Shown here: positions 15,349-27,917 of the stretch, piece by piece
Numbering within the stretch: position 1 is the stretch's first letter
How the letters are laid out: every line of letters begins with the position of its first letter
Source of the DNA: Paraglomus brasilianum
Taxonomy: Eukaryota
Direction: 5' to 3'
NCBI GenBank assembly: GCA_910592345.1
Contig: CAJVPI010000082.1
Location: 1-59,173 of the forward strand
Length of the DNA: 59,173 nt
The notes under the pieces: generated by a model
Told to the model about the DNA's origin: nothing
Database searches by the model: none
The model's input: the letters and a program-made list of their open reading frames with translations, nothing else
Program-made: the position numbers and the translations under genes

Positions 15349-18244
15349 CTAATGCAAATTTACCATATCTGCATCGATCAAAAGGTCGAGCTGTCTAGAA
15401 ACTGCAAATCAAAAGAATTAGTTACTGTAGAAATCAACTAAAACAAAGTATCCTGAATAAAGACATACCATATGGTTCAAGATTGTCTAAAAATGAAAAT
15501 ACCCAACAATTTACAATAATGGCATTTAGTCACACACACACACATAAATATATATCATTTAATGTGATAAACAACGTTTCTTCATACCTGCGCTGAAACT
15601 TATTTCACAACTATTCGTTGGTTCAGGAAGGTCTCCTTGCGGTAACACCTTACTAGTATACCTGAACTCCTTCTCAGAGCGCGATATGTGACTTGCATGA
15701 GGTTTGTACACATTGTTGCTAGATCCATCTTTTTCTATAGCCTCAATAAGAGCGAGCATAGCTTTCTCTGCATCGCGTGCAGTAGGACGTTTGTCAGGAT
15801 TAGCATCACAACACTCGGCTGCAAGCTCCTTATAAGGTTCCGGCGCTGAAGAAGGCATTTCCGGTCGTAAGCCATTGCAAATTTCTCTCATCAAGATAAA
15901 ATCAAATGGCACATCTCTAAATGGCAGCTCACCATTGGCCATTTGATGCATCAAAATGCCAAATGCATAAACATCTGACTTTTGTGTAAACTCGCGAGTT
16001 CGGAAGACTTCTGGTGTAATATATGGAAGAACACCACAGACAGTTGATGAATCTTTACTAGATGTATCTATTTCTTGAGCAAGTCCCAGGTCGCATACAA
16101 ATGCAGTAAATTCGTCCATGAAAAAAGCAGGCCCAATACCACTCCATTCCTCGTTAACTACATGCTTATGAAAAAGTATATTTCCTGCATGAAGATCGCA
16201 ATGTATTAAACCACGACTATGCATGACATCCAGATTTTCGATGATTCCTTTCAAGAACTTCACTTTCATACCCCATGTCAATTGGCTGATGTGCTGGCTT
16301 AAATATGATGTCATGTCACCACCCTCAGCATATTGCATTACCATCATGTATTTTCCAGTTTCTGGTTGCTGTGTGACACCATAGATCGGAAGAAACCTGC
16401 GATTACGGTATAATGCTCGGATAAGATACTTGATCTGTATATCGAGTAGTATATTAGCTTAGCTTATACAAGAAATAAAACATTGACCATTGTTATTTAC
16501 CTCATTAAAAAAATTATCTATCATTTGATGAAGATTTTTTAGACTTTTTAGGACGACATAGGTTGAGGTAGAGTCTGAGTGTGGTTTAAAGGGGTTTTTC
16601 CATCTAGCAGCATATACGATCCCATAACCGCCAGCTCCTAATTCATGGATTTCGTCAAAATTGTTATAGTCTATCCATCCAAAGCTGTCTTCACCCTGAC
16701 TTACCCTTATGGCTCGTACAAACTCGATGATAGTCGCATGTAAAGTATAAAATACTAAAAGGAAGTCTTGAGTCAATGGTTCTTGAGTGATACCAGCAAT
16801 CCAGAAATTACTTGGACGTAATATCTTGGGATAATCTTTAATCAACTAGTTAATATAAATCGAATCTCAGTACCATATATTTTCATGCTATTAAGATTAT
16901 CATTAGCAAATATCATTACATACTTCAAAAAAATCAAATGATTGGGCTTTGCATCCATCAACTATTTTCTTGAGCATAACCCCTTTTGTTATTTGTGCAG
17001 TTGATGTTAGTTCTAACCAATCTGCTGCATGTGAACAGCCATGCTCTAACGATGGTGATTCCCTTATGTTAGTCAGTTGACAATATGGTATCCACTGCAA
17101 ATAGCGATCGGTTTCGTTAGTTTGCTTTTTCCAGGATAATAAATCCATTGTAAATTGGTTAAGTGGTCCGTGATCGGTCTCAATAGTTTGTTGTTTCCAT
17201 GATTCCATTATAAATTTGTCTAGCGATCTGTTACCAGTAGTCCAGTCAAGAGGCCGGGGCGATTTGCAAGCAGGACAAAACACATCAGTATATGGTCGTA
17301 GGCTGCTTGTGCAGGCCAAACATATCCCAAGTTTAGATTCATACCATTCAATATAGAATTTGATTAAAGCATATTTTTCCCATGCTGGATGATATGTAAA
17401 TCCGAAAGTAATCCAGATATTCTTGACAAGTATATCAGAATTCTCTTCACATAACTGGAATAGAATTTATCAGTAACGAAAGATATTCTACGTGTATATA
17501 TTAATATAAATTCTGAATACTCACATTTTGATAAAATGAATCCCCAGTATTGTTTGAAATCTCAAGCGGTGACACAATCACCCTGTGAGTTTGAAACATT
17601 AATATGTTACTTTCTCGCAAACTACTTTTCATATCAGCCGGTAGACCTTCGGGCGGAAGAGCAAAAACATCGTATTGCATAAATTCAAAACGGAAAATTC
17701 GGTCACACGGAATCCATTCCAGATACTTGTCATTGCCAGTGTTTGTCTCCCTTTGTGATTTTCTAATAAACTCGTCTAATTTCTCGTTGCCACTAGTCCA
17801 TCCAGTTGACAGCTCTTTACAACCACAAATACACCACGCTGGACTGCACCTGAGTCTTCCGCAAGTAGAACAGAAACCATACAAAGAGTGATAATGGTAA
17901 AACGTTCTCCCGGCCACAAGAAAATAGCCATCGTCGCTTTTAGTAAAACCTATTATCAGCTTGTTGCGAAGATTGAGCAACCATTCGTATCTTCTGAAAT
18001 TATTGATTTTCGGTGTATTATCTGTTGGAACAGAATAAGTTGCAGAAAGTTCTTCAATCAAATCATTTAACGTTTTATCTCTGTTTCCAAGAAAAATCAA
18101 GATTACAAATGTAGTCTCATGTTTAGCGTAATGAACAATCGGTCTGGTCAACTGCTCAATACGCTTAACATCCGTGAATTCCGAGTAAGCTATTGATTTA
18201 GATGGAAACTGAGGGTTCAAGTACTCAATTAGTTGGTCAATCAT
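15349..18244 (-). CDS. Multi-module tyrosine-kinase-like (non-RD) protein kinase, copy 2
   Basis: Exons 18244-17525, 17454-16924, 16845-16501, 16434-15588, 15486-15469, 15401-~15349; same intron positions as copy 1. Motifs GAGGYG, VVLK, HCDLHAGN, DLG, YITPE. Start codon uncertain. Confidence 0.85.
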
Positions 18245-18789
18245 ACTCGTGTTTCAATATTGTATATGTTTTCTGTTTGCGATATCGCAGAGCCGTTGTT
18301 ACACATTCCAATAGTTTTAAAGGATGCAGTTGAACAAGCGACATATAAAGCTAGACTGTTTGTGACATTGTCCATACCGCAAGATTGCACAATTACAATC
18401 TGAAAAATAATAATAAAGCGTAGTAACCGACCTATCAATTTGAAGACGAAAAAACTTGTTGGCAAGATCCTTGTTGTAGAGTAGGATAGTTTAACTTTTT
18501 GCTTTGACAGTCAACATTAATTATAATGGGGGTTTTTTGCGCTTCTCTGAGGCAAGAAAATCGATAGGAAATCATTCAGCATTAGTAGTAAAAGTAAGAC
18601 TTACTTACAGATAAGACGTGATAGTGAAGATGACTTATATAAATATGCACATAACGATGATGACAGCGAAGATGTTGAACGAAATTAGTTCAACTTCTAT
18701 CGATGTCTTAAAACCCGTCGTCGCTTAATGAAATCCTGAATCCTGAATACAATAAATTTAGTTTATGTCAATGCAACAAGAGTTGGAAA

Positions 18790-18959
18790 CACAGTCAACT
18801 GCCTTTAATTCGACCGTCTGCGTTCCGGAGTTATCGGTCGAATTAACATACAGGTCGAATTAGCGACAGACGTACTTAAGGAAGAACAATAATATTAAAA
18901 AATCAGGTCTTGCTCAAAGTGAATTACTGGGAAAGTCGAATTATCGGCAGTCGACTGTA
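18790..18959. mobile_element. ~170-bp pogo/Tigger-like MITE
   Basis: Left CACAGTCAACTGCCTTTAATTCGAC; reverse complement of right end TACAGTCGACTGCCGATAATTCGAC. Internal GTCGAATTA repeats. Confidence 0.7.
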
Positions 18960-19582
18960 CAAGATTTAATTGCGAGATGGAATCTTTGATTACTGTGAGA
19001 GAGTTCCAGATCAGTGAGCAGGATATCCACTTGTTGAATGAACTTTGCTTGCTTCTGTCAATCACAATCACAATCACAATCACAGGACTTCTGATTAATA
19101 AAATATAAACACTATCGCTACAAATTAACTCAATCTTATTCTTAGGCGCTAAAATTTAAACGCACGTTATCAGAAATTAATATTACGCATTACTGACGAA
19201 CTTACGCGACTAATGTAATTTTACTACAAGTATCGAGTTCAATCAAATCAGAAGAATTAGTATTGCAGAATGTCAACTAGTAGCTACAACAAAGCGTCAT
19301 GAATGAAGACATTCTATATGGTTCGAAAAGAAAAAAAATTTACCTACTGATGCGGATGAATAGCATTGTCTTATATAACTCATTCATGTAGTAAATAAAA
19401 TCTCTTCGGACCCTTCACAGAGCGCGATACATATATTATTGTTACAGTTTTTAGGTTATTTATTACCCAATGATCATCGACATCGACAGTACTTAATAAC
19501 ACGTGATACGATGTTATAACTCATTCTAGCAGACTGTCGTATCCTTCTCATCCTCACCTCTTCGAAATTAGCGTCTGCAACT

Positions 19583-21403
19583 ATGAGTATTCTTCCAACA
19601 GAGTTTAGAATTCCCCGGAAGGAGATTCTAACCAGAGACGATTTGGCAAAGTTTCACGAATCAGAAGCATATGAGGAATTCCTCAATTTCATAGTAAGAC
19701 TCAACAATTCCGTTAAAGGTCTCCCATTAAGTACCGAGTGTCACGTATCTCAAGTGAGTTATTATCTAGTTCTAAAGTTTGAGTTTAAATATTTGCGTGT
19801 ATTATGTGCATGGTAGTTGGATTACGGGGAAATGGTGTTGTTTCGAAGCATTTTACGATTACTTCTCTTAATTTCGCATTATACCCAATTTTACTTAGGT
19901 AGTTCAACATATGCTCGAAGTATTAAACACTGTAAACTCATATTGTGATGAAATACCGCCACTTCACAATAAGCAAAGCCGTTATGGCAACCCAGCTTTT
20001 CGTGACTTTTATGATCGAATAGCAAAGGTACATTCTTCTCCCATCAACATCAACAACGTCAATCTTCCTATCACACACACAATGCGATGGGGAACATCGT
20101 GTACAATACTCCAATACGAGCCCTCAGACTTTACATTCGGATCTCTGATATATCTAATCAATTACCCTAATCATTAGAATGCTGACGAAATACACGAAAA
20201 TCTCTTGTTACCCCAAGCAGCCATACAAGAGGTGTCTCGGTATTTCATTGAGAGTTGGGGAAACAAAAAAAGAATCGACTATGGCACCGGCCATGAGGCA
20301 AATTTTGCTGTTTGGTTGTGAGTAGAAGCATTTATTGGCGAAGATATTGTTGATAAAGAAAAGTGCATGGAGGTTGAGCGGTAAAGATGCGGAATGATGT
20401 CTAACACAAACGACGATTAACATTTAAAATTGTCATTATAGATTATGTTTTGAAAAGCTGGGATTAATTGGCCCTGATGATCATGTTGCGCTTGTATTAA
20501 AAGTATTTCAAAAGTAAGAAAAGTTCATTGTGGTTTTTGTATTCTGCGGTGATAAAAATTCTGGAATTTACTCTTCTTTTGGTCTGTTATGACCTGGATT
20601 TTATTAAGATACATTGAAATAATGCGTAATCTACAATTCAAATATTGGCTCGAACCAGCGGGTTCTCACGGCGTTTGGGGTTTGGATGACTATCATTTTT
20701 TACCTTTTATGTTTGGATCTGCTCAGTTAACAGGTATGTTAGCATGCGAACGACAATTTCCGCTATACCTGGCTAATCTTTTCATCTCTTGCTTTGTTTT
20801 AGGACATAAATATATTAGACCAAAGTCTATTCATGACACTGATATTGTTGATGAATATTCAAAAGATTTCATGTATCTGGCTTGTATAAAGTTTATCAAT
20901 TCAGTAAGTATTCGTTTTGTTCGCGAATATTATAATTCAGATGAGCCAAGTTTTGTTCAATCACCAATTTCGCAGGTGAAAACCGAATCGCTACGCTGGA
21001 GTTCTCCAATGATTGATGACATATCGGGAGTGAAGTTTGTAACAAATGTTTCTTGCTGTTTTATCTTTCATTCTCCATCATTATACTTATCCGTTCATTT
21101 TTCTTCCATTAACCATTCAGAACGTGGGCAAAGATAAATGAAGGAATGGTCAAAATGTACAAAGGGGAGGTCCTGAGTAAACTTCCGATAATGCAACATT
21201 TCATGTTTGGATCGCTCATACGCTTTGAAGGCAGTGGGGCTACGCTGGTTGCTGCAGATGACGAGGAAGATGAATATAATCATATACATGTACATGCATT
21301 TGGACAAGAGTTTCCTGAATGCTGTGGTATAAGAGTACCCAGTGCAATTGGAGCTAAAATTGTTGCAGGACAAGGAGTTCCTAGAAGATTACCATTCGAT
21401 TAA
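19583..21403 (+). CDS. RRD2: Protein phosphatase 2A activator (PTPA), Rrd2/Ypa2-type
   Basis: [73 protein letters not shown]. The C-terminus [11 protein letters not shown]...LPFD resembles Rrd2. Confidence 0.92.
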
Positions 21404-21447
21404 CATTTGGTGGGGGCTCTTTTATATGTAGGAAGGTAGTTGTGAGT

Positions 21448-21505
21448 GTGCTGTTGCTGTTGCTGCTGCTGTTGCTGTGTCGCTGTTGTTGCTGCCACTG
21501 TTGCT
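21448..21505. repeat. (GCT/GTT)n microsatellite in the probable RRD2 3' UTR
   Basis: GCTGTTGCTGTTGCTGCTGCTGTTGCT... read directly. Confidence 0.75.
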
Positions 21506-22299
21506 ATTATTTAAATTGTTCTGTTTATGCACGTACATGTAAAGTTTTCTAATAAATATACAGTAAACATCCAAAGATAGAGTAGACCAGGCTCCATTCA
21601 GCCTCTACCACAGGAAGTCCGTTCTATGGACTCGACTGGGGTAGCCATTTCCGGTAACATAATCGGAACAATGTATCTTTTCCACAATATTATAACATTT
21701 GCATCGAGTGATAACTTTACTATACACGGAAACAGAGTAAACAACTGATCACAATATACACAATGAAATCGATTTTACTAATTCAAATCACTTTGTAAAA
21801 CTTTATACACAGAAGGAAAAAAAAAAAGCAAAAAAAAAATTGAAGATTAAAAAAAATACAGAATAAACCACCATTCTCGTGAAATCAAGGCTTATGGCAT
21901 TGCAATGTTCTTGTCTCCTTTTTATAATGAAAAATGGATGTGTGGAGTAAAAGCATGCTTATTAAATGGGTTGTATATTTAGGAGAATTATTCATGAATT
22001 TAAAAGTCCGATATCCCAAAGAATCAATTTTTATGATCATAGACAGAAAGTTTTTAAGGAAGACTGTATAAAATGTGATGTGGAAAATATCAGGAAGTTC
22101 CGCCCACCTGATTGAACTGAGAATTCTATTGATCTCAGTTCACCTTAAGTACTTACTAATTTATCATATGTACACATATGGCAATCGAAAGTTAAAATCT
22201 TAAAGTGCCAATTCAAGTTTTTCTTTGCAGAAACATCTGGGTGAGAAAATTCAAAAGCATAGTTAAAGGTAAGTTTTTCTTTTGTTTGAGATGAAATGG

Positions 22300-22563
22300 A
22301 GAGTAATGAGATTATAAAGAGTAATGAGATAAATGAACCAGTAATGAGAATATTATAAAGAGTAATGAGACAAACAAAGAGTAATGAGACGAACAAAGAG
22401 TAATGAGACAAACAAAGAGTAATGAGACGAACAAAGAGTAATGAGAAATTATAAGAGTAATGAGATGTAAGAGAGAAACAATAAAATAAAAGAAATTGAA
22501 AGTTATGAGATGAATGAAAGAGTAATGAGATCAAATAAAAAGAGAAAGAAAAGAGTAATGAGA
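22300..22563. repeat. ~19-bp minisatellite with core AGAGTAATGAGA
   Basis: About 11 copies of (A)GAGTAATGAGA separated by 6-8 variable bases such as CAAACAA, CGAACAA and AATTATA. Confidence 0.85.
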
Positions 22564-22697
22564 AGAAAAAACTAAAAGAAAAAAGCACTACATATGTGTT
22601 CTCGTTTTTTTTGCGACATATTTTGTTATACGATAAACTCAACGATGAGTTATAATGTTTGATTTGTTAAAAACAGCGGTGGAAGATATATATATAA

Positions 22698-25600
22698 TCA
22701 AGGTCCGTTATGCGAAGAAGCAAAGCTTGTTCCAATCCTATTGAATATGTTGTTTCCACCGTTCAAATTATTTGTGCCAATAGGATTTCCATTGTTAATG
22801 TTGTTACTGGTAACGTTGGCAGTGTTGTTACTGTTATTGTTGTTGGTATTGTTGTTGGTATTGTTGTTGGTATTGTTGTTGGTATTGGTGTTGGTGTTGG
22901 TGTTGGTGTTGGTAGTGTTGTTATTGTTATTGTTATTGTTAGCATTGTTCTGACTATCATCTTCGTCCTCGTCTTCTTCGCTAAATCGCTCTCGATCAGC
23001 CACACACAACGAACTCTTACTGATAACACCAGTTTTAACGTCTCTTATTAGATCGACAACTTGGTTTACAATGTCTGCGGGTTTTATGCCAGATTCTACA
23101 TCATCAACGTACGATTTGTACAAGTTCGATACTTTGTATATAGTCATGATCTCGTATGAAGCGCGAAGGAAGAAATCAGCTTCTTCGTCCAAATCTGTAA
23201 ACAAGGTTTGGAAACGTGGATCCTCTTTGATCCTAAAAAAAAAGGTTCCAGGTATAATAAGTACTAGTTGTATCACAAGTATACCACGAAAACGCAATAT
23301 TTCAGCCATCATGACACGTTTCTTACCTTGCCTGAATATCTTCTTTGCGCTTCTCATGCTCCATAGTCTTTGCTCGACGCTCAATGAATGGAACCAATTC
23401 GCTAAAGGGCAACTGTGTCTCATCATAAATCCATGCCTGTGCCAACTGATTAAATGAAAACCACTCGTTGCCCGCAATCCATCTCACTCTTTGTGCAAAG
23501 CTACTATTGTTTTCGTTCGGTCTCTTGATCAGCGACTTGTTCCAATACGTCAATGGTAATTTCGCCTCCTTTGCTGCCCTGTCAACCATCTCGAGACGGG
23601 ATATTCTGATTCGCTCACATTCTTTAATCTTTTCAATTGCCGAGTCGAGTTCAGGATCGCTTATAAAGTAATTTATGGCATCCGATGGATGAGAGTAGTC
23701 AAATATGAAGCGATTGTTGCACGTTACATAAAGATCGGTTGGGAATTCGCCTACGCATGCACGATAATGTTCACGTGCCGAGAAGGTAATTAGGTCGAGG
23801 GAGAATGTTGGAATTTCGTTGAGGAGGCGTTGCATAAAGCATTCCGTACGTGCAACATAACGAGCTGCTATACGTTTGGGAACTTTGTTGTCTATAGATC
23901 GAGTTGAAATATACGAATGATACGTGTAAATATTTCGATTAAGAATCTCGTTTAGTCACGTGATTGTACACGTGTACAATCACGTGTGCACAATATCGTT
24001 TGAACTTACATCTTGCAGCACAGTTGTAGACTTCCTTTGCTTCAGGACTTGCTAAAAAGTCAGGACCCTGGTAATGTATGTATATGTATGTTCTTAGCTC
24101 TCTGTCAAGCCATGCTCTTCTGCGTAGTTCATTGTTAGCTTTTAAGATGTCTTTAAACGCATCTAAAAAGAAAGCGAGTGAATTTGTAAGATACTTGAGA
24201 CATTTAGCATTTACCAACTTGTTATGACCATACACATGGACACCCAAATTTACTATTATTGGTATCACTTACATTCGAGACATCCACAGCAACCTTCTTC
24301 AGTTGAACAAACAAACCCGTTACAATTTTTAATAAAGTCCTCATAGTCTGCATACATCTTTTTCAAATGCCCAACAGGTTCAACCATCTTCAAGCAAGTG
24401 GACAAACCCTTCATCCAGAATATCACTCTGTTTCTCATTCTTCGTTTCAAGTTGGTTTCATAGACGTTTTTCAGTTCCTCAATTGCATCCTTCAACTCGG
24501 TATAATGCCAATCAATAGTTCCCTTCAACTTTTTCTCCAACAGTTGTCTTCTCCACGTCTCTTGTTTCTTGATCTCAGCCATGTCTGTGCGTAACCACTC
24601 TTGACGCTTGCGCACTCGAGCAAGATATAATTCTCCACATCGTTCTGGCGGGGGCTTTTTTCCTCGACGAGCCCACCATTCCTTGGCATCACGAAGGAAT
24701 TTTTGTGGGTCCAGATCACATAAAAGAAAATCTTCCTGCGTTATAGACGTACTCCAAGCGTTTTTTACGGATTCGTCAAAGATATGCTCTCGATCGAAGA
24801 ACGAAAGAATCTCTTCTATAGTACGATCGATAGAGAGTAAGGGCGGAAAAAATATTGAAGACGAAGAAGCTGAAGAGGACGGAAATGATGACAAGGACAG
24901 TGAAGGCGAGCTCAATGATGACAATGCATATGAAGGTGAGTATGGCGGTATAGATGAAACATAATCTCTGCTATTAATTCCATTGCCGCCAAGGACATAA
25001 TCATCATATATCCGACGTGTCTTCAAATCAAGTGTGGTGCGCAGTTTGTCCACTTGAATGCCATGCTTCTGATACAAACGTTTATTGATTTCGTTGAGTC
25101 TCTCGTGTCGTGGAACTACGATTACTTCTAAATCATGGATGATATCGTCAAGAGATTTACGGGTTGCTTTGGCTTTTGCAATTAGGTCTGCTGATGAGGA
25201 CGACGAAGGTGGGGATGCACCGAGTGACATTCTTAGACGCTTTCTGGCCAAACTATTGTTGGTCTTATTAGAAATGTACTGAACAGTCAAGAACAGTCAA
25301 GAAGTGTTAGTACATATTTGTGTATTCTTCCATGACACGTCACACGTGGACTAGCAAAAAACCTTCCTTTTACATAAACTCACCTCTAATATCTCCAACT
25401 TTAGTTCTTTAGGAAACCACCACTCATCCATAGTATTCGTCTCTGGCTTCAAGTTTAAAACTCTAAAGCATCTAAGCACAGCCTGAGACCTTTCGCTGTG
25501 TGCCTCATCTTGTTCGCGGTGCTTTTTCTTTCGTTTCCTGGTTTCGTGTTGAAATTTCGATGCCTGGCGTTCAGACACTTGACGATCTAACTGCATTCTG

Positions 25601-27917
25601 GTGGCGGAAGGATGCCTTTGTTTGCGTAGATAGTCGAGGTGAGCGCGCAAGTAAAACGTACACGTCATCCCGAGATCATATACGTATGTTCTCCATGGCT
25701 GGAAGATGGTAATATATTAAGACAAGGGAAATAGAAAGTTTCCATGTGCAGTCATTCTCTGATGTATTTATTCATACCTTCAATACTTCAACTTCCTTTG
25801 CAGACAGAGCGAAAGAACTCAAAGCACTTTTGTTTACCAACTGACGAACTATGCAAAACCTACATAATCGAACCTCCCATACAGGAATAGGATCGCCATG
25901 TTTGCCACAGATTGTGCATACTTCCGTGACGTAGAATTTGTACGTTTCGACAAACTATTTAAGCAAAGCGAGATGATTATTCGGTGAATTGTATAACAGA
26001 TGAGGGAAAAGACACAATAATGTATTCTCGAACATCAACAATTAATAAATTAAGATAATCACCTGGACCTATCCGCAACATTGACGCAAATTGGATAAAT
26101 TATGGGTTAAAATCTTGATTCACCGAGCTTTTGGTACTCTCTTCATAGTTTTGTTTCACTGTAATCATGACTTACCTTCCAATCATACACAGCAAGGCCA
26201 ACTTTACGGTCGCGTCCGTACTTTCCATTTCCAATCCACATCGGAGCATGTAACAGGAATTCGTCGCCGTCTTCAGAGAGAGGTTTTACTGGGCGATACG
26301 TATGGACCAACCTGTTATATAGTGCACGGTACGGGCTATGCGGACCACGGATAAGTTGGCAGAGCTGTTTTGAGACGTGCTCCATAGTTGCTAGCGCAGG
26401 ACCTGAACGTGATAATTGAAAAGAAATGGAGAATTAGAAATGAACAAGTCAAAAAGAATTACGTGTCCGTGGATTGACAACATTTGTACAATACATACCG
26501 TCTACAATGACCGTTGCAAGTGATTAATGAAACAATAACGACACGTTAGTACCAGTTTTTTTCTTTGCACGTAAATCCGCTTTCATATCAAACTAATCTC
26601 TATCTCAAAAAAAAAAAAAGGCGCTCAGGCATTCACATGGCAAGCAATACGCGAAATTGCAATACAGCGCGATTGCTTTGACTAGTATGCCCACAGCATT
26701 TTTTTAAAGGTACTCTTATTGTCTCGTCTTGTAAATTCTCATTCGCCTCGGTAATACTCACCCAAGAATTCTAACAAATAAACCACCAAATCAACGGGCA
26801 TCTTTGTCAAGTTGCTCGCGATAATCACGGCGTCTTCGCTTTTCTTTTCACTTTTCACCTCCTCTTTTGCAACATCATCTGAAACTTTTAATTTCTTTTC
26901 ACAGTGTGCTGTCTTGACTACAACTTGCTGGCTGATCTGTTTCTTCGGCTTACTAGTTGGTCTTTGTGTTGAAAGACTGGTGTTGACATTAGCACTGGCA
27001 TTGATAGGAGCATTGGCATTGATAGGAGCATTGGCATTGATAGGAGCATTGGCATTGATAGGAGCATTGGCATTGATAGTAGCACTGGCATTGATAGGAG
27101 CACTGGCATTGATATTAGCACTGGCATTGGCATTGGCGTTAGAGTGCGTGCTGGCACGGGCATTATTAACATGAGCATTAGAATGAGAATTAGCATGAGC
27201 GCTAGTATGAGCGTTGGCATGAAGGTTGGCACGAGCGCTGTTGGTCTGAAGGTTGACACGAGTGCTATTGGTCTGAACGTTGGCACGAACGTTGGCACGA
27301 ACGTTGTGAACGTTAGCGCGAACGTTGGCATGAGCATTGGCACGAACATTGTTATGAGCGTTGGCATGAGCGTTGGCATGAGCGTTGGCATGAGCGTTGG
27401 CATGAGCGTTGGCACGGACATTGGTGTGAGCATTGGCATGAGCATTGGCATGAGCGTTGACACGAACATTGGTGTGAGTGTTGGCATGAGCGTTGGCATG
27501 AGCATTAGAGTGAGAGCTTGTACGAGCGTTGGTTCGAGCACTGGTATGGGCACCCGCGTGATGAGCATGAGCATGCGAACGCGAGTGAGCTGAAGACGAA
27601 TGGGATGACACTGAAGATTTGCATCCACATACGCCTCCTGATTTGAGATTCGAGACTACTTTACTTCGCACTGATGATGTAGAAGAGGATACGGTGGCCG
27701 GGGAAGTGGAACTGGAATTGTTAGACGTCGACGTGCTGTTAGAAGCACTCCTGGAAGCACTACCAATGCCAGTGTTAGTCCCGCCTGCCTTGCGATCCTT
27801 TATATCCGAAATTCTGGCTGAGCGACGAAGTGGACGAGCAATCTGTCTTCCGTTCTGTTGTCCATTACGTGTTGTAGATGTTGACAATGAAGTTGTCATT
27901 GTAAGTACCGTCGTCAC
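22698..27917 (-). CDS. Large multi-exon F-box protein with CxxC..CxxC zinc motif and Asn/Ala/His low-complexity termini
   Basis: Splice 26762/26402 gives the F-box-like LTKMPVDLVVYLLEFLGPALATMEHVSKQLCQLI. Exon 25954-25778 contains CTICG...VRLCRFC. ORF blocks at 25351-25668, 24265-25290, 23939-24268, 23323-23835 and 22698-23477 follow with GT/AG boundaries. (ANAH)n and (NANAPI)n at the N-terminus, poly-N at the C-terminus. Some junctions are unresolved. Confidence 0.65.

Noticed and set aside
22300..22563. CRISPR-like repeat/spacer pattern
   Set aside because: The repeat is 12 bp, the spacers are 6-8 bp and related to each other, the context is eukaryotic, and there are no cas genes; it is a minisatellite.
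22710..23051. Poly-Leu/Val and PT-repeat ORFs in other frames (also 26812-27628)
   Set aside because: These are shadow frames of the coding repeats in the F-box gene.
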